From: Patescibacteria group bacterium
Lineage (GTDB): Bacteria; Patescibacteriota; Patescibacteriia; 2-02-FULL-49-11
Length of the DNA: 62,587 bases
Reading direction: 5' to 3'
Assembly: GCA_040757655.1 (NCBI GenBank)
Contig: JBFLWV010000010.1
Location: forward strand, 1 to 62,587
Made by a program: the position numbers and the translations under genes. This document shows, one piece after another, positions 1 through 8,705 of this stretch; position 1 is the first letter of the stretch, and every line of letters starts with the position of its first letter. Below the pieces are notes generated by a model that ran no database searches, was not told the DNA's origin, and saw only the letters and a list, made by a program, of their open reading frames with translations.

Positions 1-58
1 GGTCAAGCAGACGCGGATCGACGGGTTGTGCGGTATATTCCTTTTGTTTTGGTGGCAT
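1..58 (-). CDS. 5' end of an unidentified CDS running off the left edge (MPPKQKEYTAQPVDPRLLD...)
   Basis: ATG at 56-58 on the minus strand opens a frame that stays open to position 1. Too short to identify. Confidence 0.25.
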   Translation of the reverse strand, partial: MPPKQKEYTAQPVDPRLLD

Positions 59-133
59 ACGTTTTGTTTTTAACGGTAGTATGCCACTATTATCTCAAAT
101 TATTGGTTTTTGCGTAACATCAGTTATATAACT

Positions 134-163
134 TCTGCCCTCCGATGGACATCGGAGGGCAGA
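134..163 (-). terminator. Strong hairpin downstream of the pilin gene (possible terminator; no clear U-tract)
   Basis: Perfect 13-bp stem tctgccctccgat / atcggagggcaga with a 4-nt loop, 30 nt after the pilin stop codon. Confidence 0.35.
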
Positions 164-192
164 TTCGTAATTGACCTTACACTGCGTTACTT

Positions 193-636
193 TTACTGTA
201 CTCCACTAGGCGTTGCGGTATGCGTGCCCGCGCCCAATCCTCCCGTACCGCTCTCGAGATTAAACGTAATCGTATATGAGTTATCAGCTCCAGTATACGT
301 ATATGGCAAACCGTTTGGCGACGGATTTGACGGGATCAAACCCATATACGCTCCGCCGCACGCGGCCGAATTAAGGGTGCCTAGCCCTCCTGTGCCAAGA
401 CATTGGAGACTGGTTAATCCAAGGACGCCATTAGGCACATTTGTCGCGTACTTATTCTGATCCGAATAGTAGAGCTCAAGCGCGGTTTGGATCTGTTTGA
501 TATCTGAAACGCGCTTTGAGTCGCGGGATTTTGACCGCGCATTGTTCAATGCCACGACGGCAAGAGTTGCGAGCAAGCCGATGATCGCAATGACCACCAA
601 CAATTCAATAAGCGTAAAACCTTTTCGTGTACGCAT
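193..636 (-). CDS. Type IV pilin / pseudopilin with prepilin N-terminal cleavage-methylation motif
   Basis: N-terminus MRTRKGFTLIELLVVIAIIGLLATLAVVAL is the canonical G/FTLIE class III signal plus hydrophobic helix. The ATG at 636 is preferred over the TTG at 648. Confidence 0.9.
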   Translation of the reverse strand: MRTRKGFTLIELLVVIAIIGLLATLAVVALNNARSKSRDSKRVSDIKQIQTALELYYSDQNKYATNVPNGVLGLTSLQCLGTGGLGTLNSAACGGAYMGLIPSNPSPNGLPYTYTGADNSYTITFNLESGTGGLGAGTHTATPSGVQ

Positions 637-968
637 GGGATAATACAATTTATGATTAAGACTCTTGATTTTAATCTCTTATTCTTATAGAGAGCGAGGT
701 ACCTCAGCGCTCTCTAGGACTATACACTTTCGACCTTTTCTTCATATGCGCTCCGCGCATATCGCAGATCAACGCGGATCACGCTTCGCGGGACGCCCCG
801 TTACCGCGGGGCAGACGCAGATTTAGGCAGATTGATCATTTTTTTACCCCGCACTTTCCACTTACCTACGGTTTGTTATCGCACTATCCAGAGCAGAGCG
901 GCTTCGCCTTACTGAAGTGTTCCTAACGCACCGTCAGTATGCCGAAAGTGCGGGGTGAACTTATCCAC

Positions 969-1003
969 ATTATACCATAAAATAATGAAAAGACGTAACT
1001 TTC
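969..1003 (-). promoter_or_regulatory. Candidate extended -10 promoter (TGgTATAAT) for the pilin transcript, preceded by a terminator-like hairpin
   Basis: Minus strand reads aatgaaagttacgtcttttcattattttatggtataatgtgg. That is a hairpin plus T-run, then TGgTATAAT. There is no good -35. Confidence 0.4.
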
Positions 1004-1008
1004 ATTAG

Positions 1009-1148
1009 GTAAGTATTCACCTCTTCCCAAACATTTCCCCTCTCAACGGCAGAACGCTCAAGGTACGACGATTTTTTCTTCTCCGCGATTCTCACGCGGG
1101 ACGATGAGAGCCCTCAAAAATCGCGATTCTCTTCGCGTTCCGGGAAAC
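1009..1148 (-). repeat. 140-bp dispersed repeat, copy A (inverted relative to copies B and C)
   Basis: Near-identical to 13422..13561 and partly to 9990..10107. Core: gaatcgcgatttttgagggctctcatcgtcccgcgtgagaatcgcgg. Confidence 0.85.
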
Positions 1149-1167
1149 ATGGAATTTGAGATTCTTC

Positions 1168-1327
1168 CCAGTGAGGCCCTTCGGGCGCTCACTCCCTCCG
1201 GGCAGCACGAAAGCTGCGCTTAACCGCTGGATCGTATCGGCACGGTAGCCTAACACAGTCCAGCGCTTACCTGAAGGGTAAAGTGTCTGTCGGAATTTCA
1301 ACGCTTTGAAATTCCGATACGATAAAA
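1168..1327 (-). ncRNA. Unclassified ~160-nt structured repeat element, copy 1 (strand assignment tentative)
   Basis: Aligns along its length with 4335..4493. It has a perfect 10-bp hairpin ggaatttcaa-agcg-ttgaaattcc. The stem cgctgg/ccagcg here is replaced by gtgcggg/cccgcac in copy 2, a compensatory change. Confidence 0.4.
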
Positions 1328-1395
1328 GTACTCCTCTATGCCCTTGAAACATATATCCGCGTTTATCTGCGTCTTTATCTGCGTCCATCCGCGTC

Positions 1396-2598
1396 TTAGA
1401 GTGATGACGCCAAGTTATACATCGGCATGATGATGGCAGCGACCATGACGCCTACCGCCAATCCCATGAGGATCATGATGAGCGGCTCCACGAGCGAGAC
1501 GAGATTAGATACGAGGTTATCAACTTCCCTCGCATAAAACTGAGTCAGCCGATCCAAAATCTGCTCAAGCTGCCCTGTGGTTTCCCCCACCGACAACATA
1601 TGAGACACCATGACTGGCACCTGCGGGCTGTTGATGAACTCAACCGCGATTGGGTTGCCGTCCTGTACCTGCTTCACTGTCCGTAAGATAAGGTCGCGAT
1701 AGACTGCGCTGCCCACGACCTCTGCGGTAATCTCTAACGCGTGCGGCAGCGGCACGCCCCCCTTAAGGAGCGTATTCATGGAGCGCGTGAAGCGGATGAT
1801 GTAAATGCGCTGAAAGAGCTTACCGAAGATGGGCAGCTTGATTTTTAGCCAATCCCACCAACGACGCACTGACTTTCGCTTCAGCGAAAAGCGGAGTCCT
1901 GCCACTGCGCCGACCACGACGACCAGGAGCAGCCACCACAGCTTGCTCATAAAACTCGAGGTGCCGATGAGGATCTTGGTCGTTAAGGGGAGCTCTCCTC
2001 CGGTCTCAATAAGGATTGACGTGAGGCGGGGGACCACAAACACCATCATGATCACGCCCACCACACAGAGCGCGGAAAGGATGAAGGCAGGGTAGATCAT
2101 GGCACCGCGAATCTTGCTCATGAGGTCATAATCTTTCTCCCGCTGATCCGCGAGATAGGAGAGCACCTCATCGAGATGCCCTGAAGTCTCTCCTGAGCGC
2201 ACCATGTTCACATAGAAATTATTGAATACCTCTGGGTGCCGCGCGAACGCCTGTGAAAGCCGCGCGCCGCCGTCCACTTCATCTGCAATTTCTGAGATAA
2301 TGGTTTTTAACTTCTGGCTTTCGGTCTGCTTGATAAGGATGCGCAACGCCGCAACGATGGGGAGCGTTGCTGCAGACATGGTGGAGAGTTGGCGAAAAAA
2401 CACCACCAGCTCTTTCGGTTTCACGCGGTCAAATAATTTAAAAGCCTGCAGCTTTGATTCTGCCCCGCGCGCGGCAATCATGAGCGGCGTAAGGGACCGC
2501 TCCATCAACGCGTCCTGCGCTGCCTGCTCGGAAGGCGCCTCCACCACCCCTTGGATGTCTTTCCCCGCGAAATCCTTTGCCCGAAAATCGTATAACAT
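1396..2598 (-). CDS. pilC: Type IV pilus assembly platform protein PilC (GspF family)
   Basis: 400 aa with the duplicated T2SS-F architecture, three TM segments and typical size. Adjacent to pilT and pilB. Confidence 0.93.
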   Translation of the reverse strand: MLYDFRAKDFAGKDIQGVVEAPSEQAAQDALMERSLTPLMIAARGAESKLQAFKLFDRVKPKELVVFFRQLSTMSAATLPIVAALRILIKQTESQKLKTIISEIADEVDGGARLSQAFARHPEVFNNFYVNMVRSGETSGHLDEVLSYLADQREKDYDLMSKIRGAMIYPAFILSALCVVGVIMMVFVVPRLTSILIETGGELPLTTKILIGTSSFMSKLWWLLLVVVVGAVAGLRFSLKRKSVRRWWDWLKIKLPIFGKLFQRIYIIRFTRSMNTLLKGGVPLPHALEITAEVVGSAVYRDLILRTVKQVQDGNPIAVEFINSPQVPVMVSHMLSVGETTGQLEQILDRLTQFYAREVDNLVSNLVSLVEPLIMILMGLAVGVMVAAIIMPMYNLASSL

Positions 2599-2723
2599 GT
2601 AAGAGGTAATTTTCTGCGTTTATCTGCGTGTCTATCTGCGTTGATCTGCTTCTATGAAATTTATAGAAGCGGAAATACGCGGAATGTCACGCGGAATAAC
2701 GCTGACTGTGATACTACGTAACA

Positions 2724-3815
2724 TTATGCGCCTTTCACCATCCTCTGGAAACTCTCCTTGTCAGATACTTCCCGCAACGCGTCTTCAAGGAGCACTTCTC
2801 CGGTCTTCACGAGTTCCGCTAAAGAACGATCAAGGCTTACCGTACCCCCCTCCCTGGCGGTTAAGACCCACGAACTGATCTGGCTGAAGCGCCCATCGCG
2901 GATAAGCGCCTTGACCGGCGCAGACACCACCAACACCTCCGCAACCAGAATACTCCCACCCCCCACACGCGGTACTAATCGCACGCCGATCACTGCAATG
3001 AGATTGTCTGCAAGGCTATGGCAGATTCGTTCACGCTCGTGCGCGGCGTACGATTCAACAATATGTTCAAATGCCTGGGATAACGTCTCCGCGTCAAGGG
3101 GAGCAACCACGAGCCGCCCCCCCTCCGTGAGATTGATAAGCTCCTCAAAGACAAAACGGTCTGGTATCTCAGACACCGCAACGACGTTCACATCTTCATT
3201 TTTCAATGCCTGCAACCCCTCCAAGATGCTCGGCACATCTCTCCCTACTTCCTGCTGTTCTATCACGCTCTTATCCGCCGTGAGAATATATTCAATCGGA
3301 TGTTCTATGGTGACGATATTTTCCGGCCGGTTTATATTGATAGTGTTGAGAAACGACGCCATGGTGGTCGATCGTCCTGATCCATGGGGTCCGGTAACGA
3401 ACATGAGGCCCTTACGTGTGAAGCTCAATTCCTCTACCACTTTTGGGAGACCTAATTCTTTCAACGTTCTCAACGTCGGTGAGAGGAAATGGAGAAATAT
3501 GAAAGGATACCCCTGCTGGTAGATCACGGTCGCTTTGAAACGCACGCGGCTGCCGACGGTCCTGGCGATAGTCGCTCTCCGCTTGACTGACAGTTCCTGC
3601 CGTGCCTGTTCGTCAAAAAGGAGCATCACGAACTCTTCCATAGTCGCAGGTGCAAGGATCCCTTCATCCTCAAGAGGAGTGAGAGTTCCGTCCACCCGCA
3701 CGAGAGGAGGCTGACCCACGGTCAAGTGCACATCAGTTGCCCCCCGCGCTGCGGCGGACGCAATAATTTTTTGAAAAAACACGTCTGTTTGAGAAGACAT
3801 ACTACGATAACTCAA
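2724..3815 (-). CDS. pilT: PilT-like hexameric ATPase paralog with degenerate catalytic motifs
   Basis: 363 aa with a PilT-type N-domain (DVHLTVGQPPLVRVDG). Walker A reads GPHGSGRST (Lys replaced by Arg, codon cga at 3372-3374). The GEMRD motif reads SEIPD, and the His box TLHT reads APLDA. Confidence 0.8.
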   Translation of the reverse strand: MSYRSMSSQTDVFFQKIIASAAARGATDVHLTVGQPPLVRVDGTLTPLEDEGILAPATMEEFVMLLFDEQARQELSVKRRATIARTVGSRVRFKATVIYQQGYPFIFLHFLSPTLRTLKELGLPKVVEELSFTRKGLMFVTGPHGSGRSTTMASFLNTININRPENIVTIEHPIEYILTADKSVIEQQEVGRDVPSILEGLQALKNEDVNVVAVSEIPDRFVFEELINLTEGGRLVVAPLDAETLSQAFEHIVESYAAHERERICHSLADNLIAVIGVRLVPRVGGGSILVAEVLVVSAPVKALIRDGRFSQISSWVLTAREGGTVSLDRSLAELVKTGEVLLEDALREVSDKESFQRMVKGA

Positions 3816-3849
3816 AAGTCAAAACTCAAAATAACGAAGTGAAACATCC

Positions 3850-4296
3850 TCATCCCGAGCGAGCCTGCCCTGAGCCGGGTCGAAGGGAGGGAGTCCCCTT
3901 CTTTTTCTTTATGTCCAGAGAGCTTTCCACTACCTTTGCGAGCACTTCGTCCGGCCTCTGGTGATGCATACTGAAGAGCATGGACGCGTAGGGTTGCAGT
4001 TCTGGCGCGGATACTGGGGTGAGATGAGACCATGTAGTGACGAGCGCGAGCAATGGTGTAGCGCCCTGCGTGTCCGCAAACCAGCGTGCCAGTGAAGCGC
4101 CAACTTCACGATGCGCTTCCTCCGCGTGGTACACGATTGCGGCGATAGACTCACGTGCAAGGAGGAGCGCAGCCTCCCCCATGCTGGCTGCATAGTGCAC
4201 CGTGCCATAGGGTGCAGCGTAACGTTGGTAGGCAGGCAGCACGAGGGGAGGGGCAATCACGAGGACGGCACCATGGTGGGGAGAGTGTTTTGACAT
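3850..4296 (-). CDS. Hypothetical protein, receiver-domain-like pattern lacking the acidic pocket
   Basis: The ATG at 4296 (MSKHSPHHGAVLVIAPP...) is preferred. The upstream part of the 218-aa ORF is a translation of the repeat element. The alternating beta/alpha pattern resembles CheY but lacks the DD and D57 equivalents. Confidence 0.45.
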   Translation of the reverse strand: MSKHSPHHGAVLVIAPPLVLPAYQRYAAPYGTVHYAASMGEAALLLARESIAAIVYHAEEAHREVGASLARWFADTQGATPLLALVTTWSHLTPVSAPELQPYASMLFSMHHQRPDEVLAKVVESSLDIKKKKGTPSLRPGSGQARSG

Positions 4297-4334
4297 AATG
4301 CTATAAATCCCAAATCCCAATTTCAAATTTCCAA

Positions 4335-4493
4335 CCAGTTGGCCCTTCGGGCACTCACTCCCTCCGGACCGCACGAAAGCTGTGCTTACGTGCGGGGTCG
4401 TATCTCCTGCGAAGCCTAACGCAGTCCCGCACTTACCTGAAAGGTAAAGTGTCTGTCGGAATTTCAACGCTTTGAAATTCCGATACGATAAAA
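4335..4493 (-). ncRNA. Unclassified ~160-nt structured repeat element, copy 2
   Basis: Homologous to 1168..1327. Flanked by inverted simple-repeat arms (4300..4330 and 4520..4580). Lies between pilB and the receiver-like gene. Confidence 0.4.
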
Positions 4494-4581
4494 TCTCAAA
4501 CCCCAATGCTCACACGGTTTTGAGTATTGGACATTTGGATTTTATTTGACATTGGGATTTGGAAATTGGGATTTCTCAGTC

Positions 4582-6312
4582 TTATTCTTTCGTCGCACTC
4601 AATACCTCTTCTATCGTCGTAATACCCGCGATCGCTTTCACAATACCATCCTGCTTGAGGGTAAGCATTCCTTGCCGATTGAACGCGTCGCGAATCTGAT
4701 CGTACCTTGCGCCACTGGCGACAATCGCTTTTAACTCCTCGCTCACGCCTAACACCTCAGCGATAGCGGTCCGTCCCCCATACCCTTCTCCGCCGCACCG
4801 CTGACATCCTTTCCCTCTCCAAAACGTGAATGGCGCATCGAGCTTCACGGTCGCGGGGAGATTCTTCCGCACGGGTTCAAGCTCCTTGCGCACTTCTTGC
4901 ACAAGCGTATCAGGCGCCTCAAATGGCTCTTTGCAGAATTGGCACATCTTCCTGACCAACCGCTGTGCCACCACGACATTCAGCGTGGATGCGATAAGGA
5001 ATGGCTCCACTTTCATATCAATAAAACGCGGCATTGCCCCGAACGCATCATTCGTGTGAAGGGTGGAGAGCACAATATGCCCCGTGAGCGCTGCGTGAAT
5101 CGCAAGCTCTGCAGTTTCATTATCACGGATTTCTCCCACCATGACCGTGTCAGGGTCCTGCCGGAGGATAGAACGAAGGCCTGAAGCGAAGGTATACCCT
5201 ACCTCGGGGCGCACCTGGGATTGATTTACTCCTTTGAGATAATACTCCACCGGATCTTCCAACGTGACAATATTCACCCCCTCACTATTGAGGATGTTCA
5301 AAATCGCGTAGAGGGTAGTGGATTTGCCGCTTCCCGTAGGCCCCGTCACAAGGAACATGCCGTGGGGCTTGTCAATGTTATCCCGCATCACCGTAAGGTT
5401 CTTTCCTTCAAATCCCAAATCTTCAAGGGTGGGCACCCCTTCCGCAGTATCAAGGATACGCATGACCACCTTTTCATTGCTATAGAGGGGCAGCGTGGAT
5501 ATGCGGAAATCTATTTCCCTTCCCTCAATCTCGACCCTGATCCTCCCATCTTGTGGTACACGAGTTTCGTCAATTTTTAAGTCCGCTAACACCTTCACGC
5601 GCGACACAATGGCCGAATGGATATATTTAGGGAGCACGAGCGACGTATGCAATTCACCATCAATGCGGTACCGCACGCGCGTCTCGTTAAATACCGGCTC
5701 GATGTGGATGTCAGATGCCCGCGCTTCTACTGCGTGCTTCAGGATCGCCGAAACCATTTTTGAGACTGGCGCCGCTTTCACCACCTCTTCCATGCCTTCC
5801 ACCTTCTCTTTTGCGGTTGGCGCAAATTTACCAGCCGCTACATCTAAGGCCTCTTTCGCTTCCGTGCCAAGACTCCCATATTGCTTAATAATCCCTTGAT
5901 ACGCACGGGGTGTGGTAATGACATAATGAACTTTGAGTCCTTTTTCGCGCGCTAAGAATTCTACTGCTTCTTGAGCTTTGAGATCGGTCGCGTTCACCAG
6001 GGCGACCAAAAGCACATCCCCTTTGAGATCGAACACCGCGACTTGGTAATGAGTGGCTACTTCAAGGGGGATGTTCCTCAGCACCGTTTGATCTACCTTG
6101 CGTCCTATCAAATCTTCATAAGGAAGCCCAAATGCCTTTCCGCGCGCCCGTGCCATCACCTCTTCGGAAATCTGCCCCTGTGCAGCAAGAATCTTCTCTA
6201 CCGCATCGATGCTTTCCTCCTTTATTAAATGCTGATATGCATCAAGCGTAATAGCCTTCTCCTGAAGAAGGCTTTTTAAGAATTCTGTTTTTGGTTGTTC
6301 TCTGCGGGGCAT
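4582..6312 (-). CDS. pilB: Type IV pilus assembly ATPase PilB (GspE family)
   Basis: Walker A GPTGSGKSTT, VGEIRD, His box LSTLHTND and a C-terminal tetracysteine motif CQFC...CQRCGG. 576 aa. Confidence 0.95.
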   Translation of the reverse strand: MPRREQPKTEFLKSLLQEKAITLDAYQHLIKEESIDAVEKILAAQGQISEEVMARARGKAFGLPYEDLIGRKVDQTVLRNIPLEVATHYQVAVFDLKGDVLLVALVNATDLKAQEAVEFLAREKGLKVHYVITTPRAYQGIIKQYGSLGTEAKEALDVAAGKFAPTAKEKVEGMEEVVKAAPVSKMVSAILKHAVEARASDIHIEPVFNETRVRYRIDGELHTSLVLPKYIHSAIVSRVKVLADLKIDETRVPQDGRIRVEIEGREIDFRISTLPLYSNEKVVMRILDTAEGVPTLEDLGFEGKNLTVMRDNIDKPHGMFLVTGPTGSGKSTTLYAILNILNSEGVNIVTLEDPVEYYLKGVNQSQVRPEVGYTFASGLRSILRQDPDTVMVGEIRDNETAELAIHAALTGHIVLSTLHTNDAFGAMPRFIDMKVEPFLIASTLNVVVAQRLVRKMCQFCKEPFEAPDTLVQEVRKELEPVRKNLPATVKLDAPFTFWRGKGCQRCGGEGYGGRTAIAEVLGVSEELKAIVASGARYDQIRDAFNRQGMLTLKQDGIVKAIAGITTIEEVLSATKE

Positions 6313-6321
6313 ACCTTAGTG

Positions 6322-6413
6322 TGAAATTCAAAAATCAAAAGCCAAAATGAAGGAAAGTCATCCCGCTTTGCTGGATTCCATAATTTTGCATTTTGGATTT
6401 TGAATTTTGCATT
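6322..6413. repeat. Palindromic intergenic element built from degenerate A/C-rich and T/G-rich short repeats
   Basis: Left arm gaaattcaaaaatcaaaagccaaaatgaagg; right arm ccataattttgcattttggattttgaattttgcatt. Confidence 0.8.
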
Positions 6414-6416
6414 GTC

Positions 6417-6743
6417 TTATGGTCCGAATGTCGGAATAAACGGATTGACCCTTCCGGTGCGCGCCTCTCCCAACGGCCAGGTACCGTACTTTTGCAGCGA
6501 CCTAAACTCTTCGCTCTCAATAATGGAGCGATCTATCCCCTCCGCGAGCGTCTCAATGGCCGCGAGCGCTTCACTCACCTTGGGAGAAATAACGCTCACC
6601 ACAGGCGCTTCCTCCGCACGGGGCGCGCTCTTTGTATAGAAAAAATTCTTATACAACAAATACCCTCCCACGCTGTTGGTGAGTACAATCGCTATTAACA
6701 TGATGGTTTGTTTCTTCCGTGAGACTTGTCGTTCAATTAACAT
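6417..6743 (-). CDS. Small membrane-anchored protein in the pilus operon (function unknown)
   Basis: One N-terminal TM helix (IMLIAIVLTNSVGGYLLY). Sits between pilO and pilB. Confidence 0.5.
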   Translation of the reverse strand: MLIERQVSRKKQTIMLIAIVLTNSVGGYLLYKNFFYTKSAPRAEEAPVVSVISPKVSEALAAIETLAEGIDRSIIESEEFRSLQKYGTWPLGEARTGRVNPFIPTFGP

Positions 6744-6864
6744 ACCCGCCTAAATTTTGCACCTGTATAGTGCGTTATACCCGATAATAACAATAATTCG
6801 ACCCATTGTTACTAACTTGGTTTTACCAGCAAAACTTAGGCGGGCATACTCAAAACAATATTTT

Positions 6865-7497
6865 CTAATTCTGCGCACCGGGAGCACGCTGATAATAGGC
6901 AGTAACGCTCATTTGTATAACGTCGTCTTTTGGATTAAATGAAATCGACGGCACATCAAGGAGGCGAAGATTTGTTTCTATACGATGCAATAACTCCTTA
7001 AAGGTAGAGTAATTATTACCATTGGCACGCAGGGTAATGGGAACTGAGTGAATACTTCCAGATAATCCTGCAGCGATCATCTCGGAGGGTGCGGACCTTT
7101 GAGGGTCAGAAGATTGGGTGACTGATACGGACTCAAGTGTTAATCCGCTTAAAAGTACAATCGCTTCTATGTTCGGAATGAGGTCGGCAGCGCCTGGTTC
7201 AGTCGGAAGCACAGCATTTATTTTTTCATAATCCCCCGGCGTGATTTGCGAAGATTGTTCCTCAATGAACCGAGCCTTCTCAAGGCTCCTACGCCGCTCG
7301 GTAAGACGGACCTCTAAATCCGAGAGAGAAGTCTCACTCACGCGCTGGTACGCCCCCATCGCAGGACGTATCAGAAAGAACCATCCCACGAGTGTCATCA
7401 CGGTAAGGACAGTTACACCAATGAGCACAAGGTGCTGCTCAAAAAAATCGCGCACATTTCGCTCTGAGGGATGAGAAGTGATGACAGGAGTAGCCAT
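6865..7497 (-). CDS. pilO: PilO-like pilus assembly protein
   Basis: N-terminal TM helix followed by a coiled coil and an alpha/beta domain. Gene order pilM-pilN-pilO. Confidence 0.6.
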   Translation of the reverse strand: MATPVITSHPSERNVRDFFEQHLVLIGVTVLTVMTLVGWFFLIRPAMGAYQRVSETSLSDLEVRLTERRRSLEKARFIEEQSSQITPGDYEKINAVLPTEPGAADLIPNIEAIVLLSGLTLESVSVTQSSDPQRSAPSEMIAAGLSGSIHSVPITLRANGNNYSTFKELLHRIETNLRLLDVPSISFNPKDDVIQMSVTAYYQRAPGAQN

Positions 7498-7510
7498 ACG
7501 ATAACCCTCA

Positions 7511-8590
7511 CTATGGGAGTAATGAAGGGAAAATAATCTTCGGATTAACTAACAACGTAAAATTGACTAACACTGATGCATGACCGGTCTTATCCTCGTC
7601 CTTTGCCTCAAGAGGTGACACGACAATTCTCTTTATTTCCGGAACATGCGCGAAACTGATAACTTGTTCTGCCACGGCTTTGTAACTCTTCGCCTGTGCC
7701 TTAAGGTTCACGGCGCCATCGGGGCTTGCCTGCAACGAATCATAGAACAATTCTTGGGAAGTGTGTTGCTCAATAAATGCCAACAGCTTCAACCAGTGGG
7801 TATGCTTTTTGAGCAGCGCTCCTACCGCATTGCTCCTTTCATAAAATAGTAACGCCCGCTTCAAAAGCTCTGTACGGATGCCTAAGTCGCGCTCTACGCT
7901 AGAAATCTCTTGCAACTTCATATGGATATCGCGCTCCAGCACGGCGGCGCGATACCGATACCATACCGTGATACCTCCTATCACGAAAATGACGCATATG
8001 CCCAGCCCCATGAACAAAGTCACCAAATTCTCAAAGCTGATCCTCTGCCGCCCGCGAAGGGGGAGGAGGTTCACATCCAAAAATTCTGATCTTCGTTCCT
8101 CAATGGGTATGGAAAGTTTCGCACCTTGTTGGATAACTGACGCGGTCTGTTGTGATAATGGAAGAGGAGGGGGAGGGGTTGGCTGAGCGACGAACGTGGG
8201 TGGGGGGGGCGGAGCGGATAGCTCTTGCTTTTCTCCTTGCGCAACCTGAGAGGAAGAAGGTAATGAAATTTTATGACGGGTAAAAATCTTATGGAAAAAT
8301 ACTGCAAGGGGGTTTGGCCGCACGGCAAGAGGAGGAGGCGGCGGCGGCGGAAGCTTTACTTTAACTAAAGGCTTTTCCGGCTTAAGGAGAGGATGCTCTA
8401 CAGAAGATGAGGGAGTTTTTTTTCGTGCGGGAAAATGTAACCTTTGGAGGAGAGTCTTTAATGACCATGGTACAGGCGCCACTCTTTTGGCGGCAGGATA
8501 CGATAAATCAATCTCCCGCTTCACGGGGAGACGGCGGAGCGGTTTTTCTTTTTCTGACTGAGGAGAAAGAAAATCAATATCGTCGAACAT
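7511..8590 (-). CDS. pilN: PilN-like pilus assembly protein with a proline-rich N-terminal extension
   Basis: Central LDVNLLP motif followed by a TM helix and coiled coil. PPPPPPP tracts are present. The ATG at 8590 is preferred, because the ORF start at 8614 lies in the repeat arm. Confidence 0.6.
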   Translation of the reverse strand: MFDDIDFLSPQSEKEKPLRRLPVKREIDLSYPAAKRVAPVPWSLKTLLQRLHFPARKKTPSSSVEHPLLKPEKPLVKVKLPPPPPPPLAVRPNPLAVFFHKIFTRHKISLPSSSQVAQGEKQELSAPPPPPTFVAQPTPPPPLPLSQQTASVIQQGAKLSIPIEERRSEFLDVNLLPLRGRQRISFENLVTLFMGLGICVIFVIGGITVWYRYRAAVLERDIHMKLQEISSVERDLGIRTELLKRALLFYERSNAVGALLKKHTHWLKLLAFIEQHTSQELFYDSLQASPDGAVNLKAQAKSYKAVAEQVISFAHVPEIKRIVVSPLEAKDEDKTGHASVLVNFTLLVNPKIIFPSLLP

Positions 8591-8594
8591 GGAA

Positions 8595-8704
8595 ACTTGA
8601 AAATCAAAATGCAAAATGCAAAACTCAAAATGAAGGTATTCCGTCCCGACTATCTAGTCGGGACTCCATAATTTTGACTTTTGATCTTTGACTTTTGCAT
8701 TTTC
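8595..8704. repeat. Palindromic intergenic element with central gtcccgac-N6-gtcgggac hairpin
   Basis: Arms aaaatcaaaatgcaaaatgcaaaactcaaaatgaagg and ccataattttgacttttgatctttgacttttgcatttt. Core hairpin at 8643..8664. Confidence 0.8.
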
Positions 8705-8705
8705 A

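Noticed and set aside
1092-1388. 98-aa ORF, and the similar N-terminal 70 aa of ORF 3850-4506, as a conserved small protein.
   Set aside because: The similarity comes from the 160-nt repeat element. There is no start-codon context, the differences are paired stem changes rather than synonymous changes, and one ORF runs on into unrelated repeats.
4335-4493. SRP (4.5S) RNA, because of the segment ggtccggagggagtgag, which resembles the domain IV gguccggaaggaagcag.
   Set aside because: There are two copies 3 kb apart, the U-to-C change in copy 1 breaks the expected helix, and the rest does not fit SRP architecture. No RNase P, tmRNA or 6S signatures were seen either.
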